Part shown: positions 58,942 through 64,000 of the stretch, in pieces
Position numbering within the stretch: position 1 is the first letter of the stretch
Layout: every line of letters starts with the position of its first letter
DNA from: Gammaproteobacteria bacterium
GTDB lineage: Bacteria; Pseudomonadota; Gammaproteobacteria; GCA-002705445; GCA-002716945
NCBI GenBank assembly: GCA_018670435.1
Contig: JABHRC010000039.1
Coordinates: 2,964 to 66,963, forward strand
Reading direction: 5' to 3'
DNA length: 64,000 bases
The notes under the pieces: generated by a model
What the model was told of the DNA's origin: nothing
The model's database searches: none
What the model saw: only the letters and a program-made list of their open reading frames with translations
Translations under genes and position numbers: made by a program

Positions 58942-59775
58942 CTATTTTCTGCTTCCTGGACCATTTATTTCTAATCCATTACTCATATAGCTGATAAAAT
59001 ACTCTAAATTTCTATATTCTTCATTTTGTGCTTTAAAAGGTTTAGCTCTAACTCTATTTAAACAGCCAGCAAATCTTTCATGTAATGTTACTAAACGTCC
59101 AGCTCCGGATCTATAAGCTGGAAAATGTGTAGTATGTCCTATTCCCGGACTGGGAATGTCAGCCCTTAACTTGGTACCAGTCTGATAGACATGACAATCT
59201 GCGCAAGAGAAGTTTAATTGACCAACTTTAGTAAAATAAAGTTTCTTGCCAGCTTCATAGGCATCAAGTGCTTCCTGGCTATTGGGTATTTTAACATCAA
59301 ACTTTTTACCCCTTGAAGTATAAGCCATATAAGCTGATATATCAGCCATAGGCCCACCTTTATAATAACTTAGAGGCTTTTCTCCATTTGCTTTTCTGCA
59401 ATTATTAATTGCTAGTTCTAATGTCATAACTTTTCCTGAATCGTTGTCAAAGTATGGATAATTTTGCCTGATTGCAATACCTGAGTTTTCAAAACAACTT
59501 GCGTAAGTGTTTCCATTTTTAAATGGTTCATTAAACAAGGCCTCCCCATCTTCAATATTAATTTCATAAGGAGGAAAGTCCTCTATTGATTCCCACTGCT
59601 CTCTGGATGAGGCATCTATCGAGTAGACACCATTTTTATAATCACTGAATTCAGTATTAGGAAATCTATTTTCAAAATAATCTCTAAACAACTGTCGATC
59701 TTCTTCTGGAGAAGCAAATGCAGTAATATTAACAAATAGAGTTATTAGTAAAAAATTATGAAAAAAGTTCTTCAT
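58942..59775 (-). CDS. soxA: L-cysteine S-thiosulfotransferase subunit SoxA (monoheme type)
   Basis: NGVY..D, QW..IE.FPPYE, single CADCH, HFPAYR and RFAGC..RVRA motifs. Confidence 0.95.
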   Translation of the reverse strand: MKNFFHNFLLITLFVNITAFASPEEDRQLFRDYFENRFPNTEFSDYKNGVYSIDASSREQWESIEDFPPYEINIEDGEALFNEPFKNGNTYASCFENSGIAIRQNYPYFDNDSGKVMTLELAINNCRKANGEKPLSYYKGGPMADISAYMAYTSRGKKFDVKIPNSQEALDAYEAGKKLYFTKVGQLNFSCADCHVYQTGTKLRADIPSPGIGHTTHFPAYRSGAGRLVTLHERFAGCLNRVRAKPFKAQNEEYRNLEYFISYMSNGLEINGPGSRK

Positions 59776-59781
59776 TTGATA

Positions 59782-60090
59782 CTACTTAACCTTGCCTTCT
59801 TTAGAATCTTTATTACCCTGATTATCTTCCCAGGTAAGTTCAACCGTATCACCTTTAGATCCCATATAAGCAAATGTTACATAAGGATTTTTTGAAACAG
59901 CTGGACCCCAATTTATAGTGATAACTTCACTACCATTAGCTTTTCCAATTACTTGTTGTATGAAATGAGCTGGAATTTTCTCTCCAGTTTTACCATTTTT
60001 TCTTTGACCTGTTTCCATGGGATGCTTGATGATTGCCTTGACAGTCACTATACCTTTGCTTTCTTTTGCTCTTACTTTAATTGTACTCAT
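59782..60090 (-). CDS. soxZ: Sulfur carrier complex protein SoxZ
   Basis: HPMETGQRK, IPAHFI, SKNP and WEDN motifs. Confidence 0.96.
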   Translation of the reverse strand: MSTIKVRAKESKGIVTVKAIIKHPMETGQRKNGKTGEKIPAHFIQQVIGKANGSEVITINWGPAVSKNPYVTFAYMGSKGDTVELTWEDNQGNKDSKEGKVK

Positions 60091-60096
60091 AATTAT

Positions 60097-60561
60097 TTAG
60101 CCTCCACATCCGCCAATTGTTACTTTCACTTCTTTTGAAGCAGTATATATCTTACCATTGCTCTTTACAGCTGCCATTACTGTTGAGGTCTTGCCCATCT
60201 TGATTCTTGTTCCAACAACTGGTATTGATTTAGGACTTAAATGATAGCCACTGGATAACGGTTGAGGATTATTTTCAACAAATATCATTATAGACTCAAC
60301 ATTTTTTAGTTTAGTTTTTACATTAAGAGGAACAATTGCTCCATTTTCAGCAATGTCTGGTGCCTTGAGAGTTACTTCTGAGCTTTCAGTTAGATTATTA
60401 TGCCCATATACACTGTTTATAGAGTCACTTAATTCTGTAATATCAAAAGAAGCTTTTGGCCATGCTGCATATAACCTTTTGGGTTTAATCATTAAGCCAG
60501 CAAATGTTGTTATCGTTGCTGCAGTCATAAAGGAATTCTTTAAAAAATTTCTTCTATTCAT
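60097..60561 (-). CDS. soxY: Sulfur carrier protein SoxY
   Basis: Tat signal RRNFLK, APDIAENG and C-terminal KVTIGGCGG. Confidence 0.97.
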   Translation of the reverse strand: MNRRNFLKNSFMTAATITTFAGLMIKPKRLYAAWPKASFDITELSDSINSVYGHNNLTESSEVTLKAPDIAENGAIVPLNVKTKLKNVESIMIFVENNPQPLSSGYHLSPKSIPVVGTRIKMGKTSTVMAAVKSNGKIYTASKEVKVTIGGCGG

Positions 60562-60569
60562 AATTTACC

Positions 60570-60911
60570 TCAAAGAGTATACAAGTACTCTATTATCTTG
60601 TTAATTTCAGTTTTAGTTATAGCACCATGCTTTCCAAATGGAGGCATAAATGAATTTGGGTTAGTTTCAGTTGGATCCCAAATTTGATTAAATAAGACTT
60701 CCCTGTCAGGAAATCTTGCCTTCATTGCTATCAATGGAGGACCATTATTACCAGCTAGCTCACCATCATCTATCATATGACAGGCCAAGCAATTACCTTT
60801 TTTTCTATCAAAAGCTAATTTTTTACCTTCCTCTATATCTCCAGAGTAAGCATTGCTCTCAAGAAATAATGTGAGTACCAAGGTAGCAGCTATAATATAT
60901 ATATTTTTCAT
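60570..60911 (-). CDS. soxX: Sulfur oxidation c-type cytochrome SoxX
   Basis: KGNCLACH, GPPL and MPPFG motifs. Confidence 0.95.
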   Translation of the reverse strand: MKNIYIIAATLVLTLFLESNAYSGDIEEGKKLAFDRKKGNCLACHMIDDGELAGNNGPPLIAMKARFPDREVLFNQIWDPTETNPNSFMPPFGKHGAITKTEINKIIEYLYTL

Positions 60912-60921
60912 AATTCTCTAA

Positions 60922-60966
60922 GTACATTATGGTACCAATCTACTCGTACATTATAGTACCGATCTA
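60922..60966. repeat. Tandem 21-bp direct repeat (24-bp period) in the soxX promoter region
   Basis: GTACATTATGGTACCAATCTA (60922-60942) and GTACATTATAGTACCGATCTA (60946-60966), 19/21 identical. Confidence 0.85.
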
Positions 60967-60983
60967 TCCATAAAAAAACTACT

Positions 60984-62435
60984 TTAATTACAAGTTTTTT
61001 CACCAAATATTGGCTCTAGTGGCCTAGGATTACTACAAATAATATTCAGTTTTTTAGCTTCAAGTATTCTTTTTTGTTCAATATTTATAGTATTAGATCT
61101 GATCGTGTTATCTAGCACCTCTAATGACATATTCACATCATCTAAGAGTTGATAGTAATTTGCTCTTGATATAGCAGCTTTAAAATCGCTATTCTTCAAC
61201 ATATAAAGTTTTGAAGATATTCTAAGATAATTAGGGTTTAAGTTATAGTGTAACTTTAGAGGTTCTAGAAGCCTCTCAGCATAATTTAAATTTAAGTTAT
61301 TCTCAATTAATATCTCAGCAATCGCAAAAGATATGACACTATTTAGCGGATAAATATTTTTTACTTTATTTAAAACATTTAAAGCCTCATCTATTCTATC
61401 TAGACCGATCAATATATTTGCATATGCAATTGATATATATAGATTATTTGAATTTAATTTATAGATTGGTAATATCGTATCATATGCATTTTTGTAATCA
61501 GATCTTTTATAGTATAGAAGAGCTAATTTATGAAGACTATACTTGTCACTATTAGTAAGTAACTTTATATTTTTACTTATGTCACTAATTAGGGATACAT
61601 GAAGAATATTTTTAACATAAATGTAATCATCTGTACTATTCTTCATGGGCTTGATTTGTACGGATGATCTATTCTGTATATTGGCAATTCGGTTTTCATA
61701 CATTGGGTGAGTTGATAAATACTCTAAGTTCCTTGATATTTCCCCTGTGGAATTTTCCATTTTGTCAAAAAAACTTGCCATCTCTGATAAATCATAATTT
61801 GACTTGTACATTATTTCTACACCATAGTCATCGGCTTCTATTTCGTTTGACCTAATTAAATTAACATTTCTTTGTGCAGATAAACCGATACCTGCTTTCA
61901 GAGCAGCCATAGATGCTTGAGCATTACCTGCAAAAATACCAGCAATTATGCCAACCCACATTGGTATGTTACTCATGCTTGCATTCGCAATCATTTCTGC
62001 TGAATGCCTTAGTTTAATATGCGCAATCTCATGAGCCACTACGCCGGCCAACTGAGCTTCGTTTTCACTTAGAAGTATTAATCCTATGTTTAATCCTATA
62101 TAGCCACCTGGAACCGCAAAAGCATTTATTTGATCTGATTGCACCACAAAAAATTGATATTTCCTTGTTATGTCCATGGTGCTTCTTGATAAGCTGTTAC
62201 CTAAATAGTTAATATACGAGATTACCAGAGGATCATTGTTGATATAGCCATATTTCTGTAGTCTACGATATGTTGATATACCTATTATATCCTCTTGTTT
62301 AAGAGGGAGGCTCTGACTATATGGGTCGCCTAACTCGGGTATTTGATCTGTACTATGTGTAGGCGAGATAATTAAGCAAATCAATCCTATTGACAATAAA
62401 AAAGAGGTTGTATATTTTTTTATAATAACTAACAT
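60984..62435 (-). CDS. bepA: M48 family metalloprotease BepA/YfgC with TPR repeats
   Basis: PELG, INAFAVPGG, AHEIAH, E.EAD and YLSTHP motifs; divergent from tusA; start ATG 62435 (alternative TTG 62441). Confidence 0.85.
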   Translation of the reverse strand: MLVIIKKYTTSFLLSIGLICLIISPTHSTDQIPELGDPYSQSLPLKQEDIIGISTYRRLQKYGYINNDPLVISYINYLGNSLSRSTMDITRKYQFFVVQSDQINAFAVPGGYIGLNIGLILLSENEAQLAGVVAHEIAHIKLRHSAEMIANASMSNIPMWVGIIAGIFAGNAQASMAALKAGIGLSAQRNVNLIRSNEIEADDYGVEIMYKSNYDLSEMASFFDKMENSTGEISRNLEYLSTHPMYENRIANIQNRSSVQIKPMKNSTDDYIYVKNILHVSLISDISKNIKLLTNSDKYSLHKLALLYYKRSDYKNAYDTILPIYKLNSNNLYISIAYANILIGLDRIDEALNVLNKVKNIYPLNSVISFAIAEILIENNLNLNYAERLLEPLKLHYNLNPNYLRISSKLYMLKNSDFKAAISRANYYQLLDDVNMSLEVLDNTIRSNTINIEQKRILEAKKLNIICSNPRPLEPIFGEKTCN

Positions 62436-62455
62436 AGTCAATAGAACATTAATAA

Positions 62456-62471
62456 ATTAGCATATGCTAAT
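62456..62471. promoter_or_regulatory. Perfect 16-bp palindrome, putative operator between bepA and tusA
   Basis: ATTAGCATATGCTAAT, flanked by GAACATT (62444-62450) / AATGTTC (62473-62479). Confidence 0.6.
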
Positions 62472-62509
62472 AAATGTTCATTTAACTATTATAACCTAAA
62501 GGTAAGTAC

Positions 62510-62740
62510 ATGTCAGATTTTGATAAAGAATTGGATACTAGCGGACTAAACTGTCCCTTGCCCATAATAAAAGCCAAGAAAGAAATCAATACAATGGATG
62601 CTGGGCAAATTTTAAAAATAATATCGACGGACCCTGGTGCAGTGAAAGATTTTGAATCATTTGCTAATCAAACAGGAAATGAGTTATTAAACACGGAAGA
62701 AAAAGATAACAAATTTTATTTTCTATTAAAAAAGAATTAG
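62510..62740 (+). CDS. tusA: Sulfurtransferase TusA family
   Basis: LDTSGLNCPLP and TDPGA..DF motifs. Confidence 0.93.
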   Translation: MSDFDKELDTSGLNCPLPIIKAKKEINTMDAGQILKIISTDPGAVKDFESFANQTGNELLNTEEKDNKFYFLLKKN

Positions 62741-62744
62741 AGTT

Positions 62745-63362
62745 TTGTTTTATATTAATAAACTGTTGTTAATCACTGGTTTAGCAACAGTATTATTATT
62801 AGTAATAACTTATTATTTATTTTTTGAAATAACTAATCCAGAAGCAAATAACCTTGACTCCCATTATGATGCGATTGTTATACTATCCGGAAATCCAGAA
62901 AGAGCAGTAGTAGGTAGTAAATTATTTTTTGATAAAGATGCTGACTTTATATATCTAAGTAAGGAAAATAAAAAAATTAAAAATTATATTGATCCCTCTA
63001 ATGAGAAGAGGGTGTACGAGACATACATAAATATCCTCTTAAAAAATAATATCTCAAGAGGAAACATTATTTTATTTGGTACTAATAACAAAAGCACTTA
63101 TGATGAAGCAAAAAATTTTAGTAATATTAATTTATCCGGTATAAATAAAGTATTGATTGTTACCAATAAGTTTCACATTCATAGAGCTAAAATGATATTT
63201 AATGAATTCAAACAATCTGTTGAGATAGATTTTTTTTATGTCGATGATACTGATAACTGGAGTAGGGACAAGCAGAGTATAATGATGATTCTCTCAGAAA
63301 TTATGAAATGTTTCTTGTTTTATATATTTGATAATTTTGATGGTTACTTGTCACACCGATAA
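62745..63362 (+). CDS. YdcF / DUF218 family protein
   Basis: N-terminal TM segment; DAIVILSG, STYDEA and VTNKFHIHRA motifs. Confidence 0.8.
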   Translation: MFYINKLLLITGLATVLLLVITYYLFFEITNPEANNLDSHYDAIVILSGNPERAVVGSKLFFDKDADFIYLSKENKKIKNYIDPSNEKRVYETYINILLKNNISRGNIILFGTNNKSTYDEAKNFSNINLSGINKVLIVTNKFHIHRAKMIFNEFKQSVEIDFFYVDDTDNWSRDKQSIMMILSEIMKCFLFYIFDNFDGYLSHR

Positions 63363-63450
63363 TTACTATATATTAATGAAAACTATCAATAAATAATGAT
63401 GATTGGCTAAAAAAGATGTATTATAGACTGGTTATAAAATAAGGGAAATT

Positions 63451-64000
63451 ATGAAACTAAGTGGATCACAAATAATCATAGAATGCCTGAAGAAAGAAGG
63501 TGTCGAGTTTATTTTTGGATATCCAGGTGGTGCAGTCCTACATATATATGATGCATTGTTTGGTGATAAGAAAATTAAACATGTCTTGACAAGGCATGAA
63601 CAGGGCGCAACTCATGCGGCAGATGGATATGCTAGAGCATGCGGAAAACCCGGTGTTGTTTTGGTAACATCAGGCCCAGGTATAACCAATTGTGTTACTG
63701 GGCTGGCTACTGCTCACATGGACTCTGTTCCTATGATTATAATTTCGGGTCAAGTTTCGAGAGAATATGTTGGCAGTGATGCGTTTCAGGAAGCAGATGC
63801 AACAGGGATAACAAGACCTGTTACAAAACATAATTTTTTAGTGGATAGTAGAGAATCTATAGCTGAAGTTTTCAAGAAAGCTTTTATTATTGCAACAACA
63901 GGACGTCCTGGTCCTGTACTTATAGATATCCCTAAAGATTTAACTGACCCTAAGACTAAAATAAATTTTGAATATCCAAAAAAAGTTAAATTAAGGTCTT
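63451..64000 (+). CDS. ilvI: Acetolactate synthase large subunit, truncated by window edge
   Basis: Translated by hand: MKLSGSQIII...IFGYPGGAVLHIYDAL...RHEQGATHAADGYARA...TSGPG...GRPGPVLIDIPKD. Confidence 0.93.
   Translation, partial: MKLSGSQIIIECLKKEGVEFIFGYPGGAVLHIYDALFGDKKIKHVLTRHEQGATHAADGYARACGKPGVVLVTSGPGITNCVTGLATAHMDSVPMIIISGQVSREYVGSDAFQEADATGITRPVTKHNFLVDSRESIAEVFKKAFIIATTGRPGPVLIDIPKDLTDPKTKINFEYPKKVKLRS

Noticed and set aside
1590..61855. Many short ORFs in the track antisense to or nested in recognised genes (for example 1590-2030, 3624-4040, 8425-8739, 19043-19402, 39088-39537)
   Set aside because: Shadow frames of well-supported genes, with no motifs or initiation signals of their own.
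57415..62740. Sox region as a tRNA-integrated genomic island
   Set aside because: No integrase, no duplicated tRNA 3' end and no visible composition shift.
63363..63450. Mini-ORFs MKTINK and MMIG upstream of ilvI as an attenuator leader
   Set aside because: No Ile/Leu/Val codon run and no terminator hairpin.
1..64000. CRISPR arrays, IS elements, prophage or defence genes
   Set aside because: I saw no repeat-spacer arrays, transposase, integrase or phage-like ORFs; nearly all sequence is accounted for by recognised genes.

Overview
AT-rich (roughly 30% GC by eye, not computed), very gene-dense chromosomal segment, most likely from a streamlined gammaproteobacterium, judged from gene order and protein types. 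I saw no mobile elements, prophage genes or CRISPR arrays. It has four parts. (1) 1-16.6 kb: a near-complete tetrahydromethanopterin/methylofuran C1-oxidation cluster (fhcA partial, fhcB, mptG, mtdB, orfY, mch, orf5, orf7, fae, orf17, orf1, orf9, pabB, orf22/mfnB, orf19, orf20, afpA) plus mobA. (2) 16.6-36 kb: dusA, an unknown SAM methyltransferase, RNase P RNA and a rewired dcw operon. A stand-alone 65-aa J-domain gene is coupled between mraZ and rsmH. ftsZ has moved to between ftsL and ftsI. ftsI apparently starts at a CTG and carries a 13-bp terminator-like hairpin in its first codons. murC is missing. (3) 36-56 kb: housekeeping genes (secA, argJ, mutT, zapD, coaE, nadE, bamD, rluD, pgeF, an RND pump whose adaptor lacks the helical hairpin, two cytochromes c, aspS, nadA, yebC, and ruvC directly abutting queEC with no ruvAB/tol-pal). 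(4) 56-64 kb: a sulfur region (YeeE/YedE, tRNA-Lys, a secreted hydrolase, a lipoprotein, soxXYZA without soxB, bepA, tusA) ending in the start of ilvI. An ATTA-N8-TAAT operator-like motif is shared by the yeeE and tusA upstream regions. The best candidate for an undescribed system is the remodelled division operon. All functional calls come from motif recognition and synteny recalled from memory; no searches were run.
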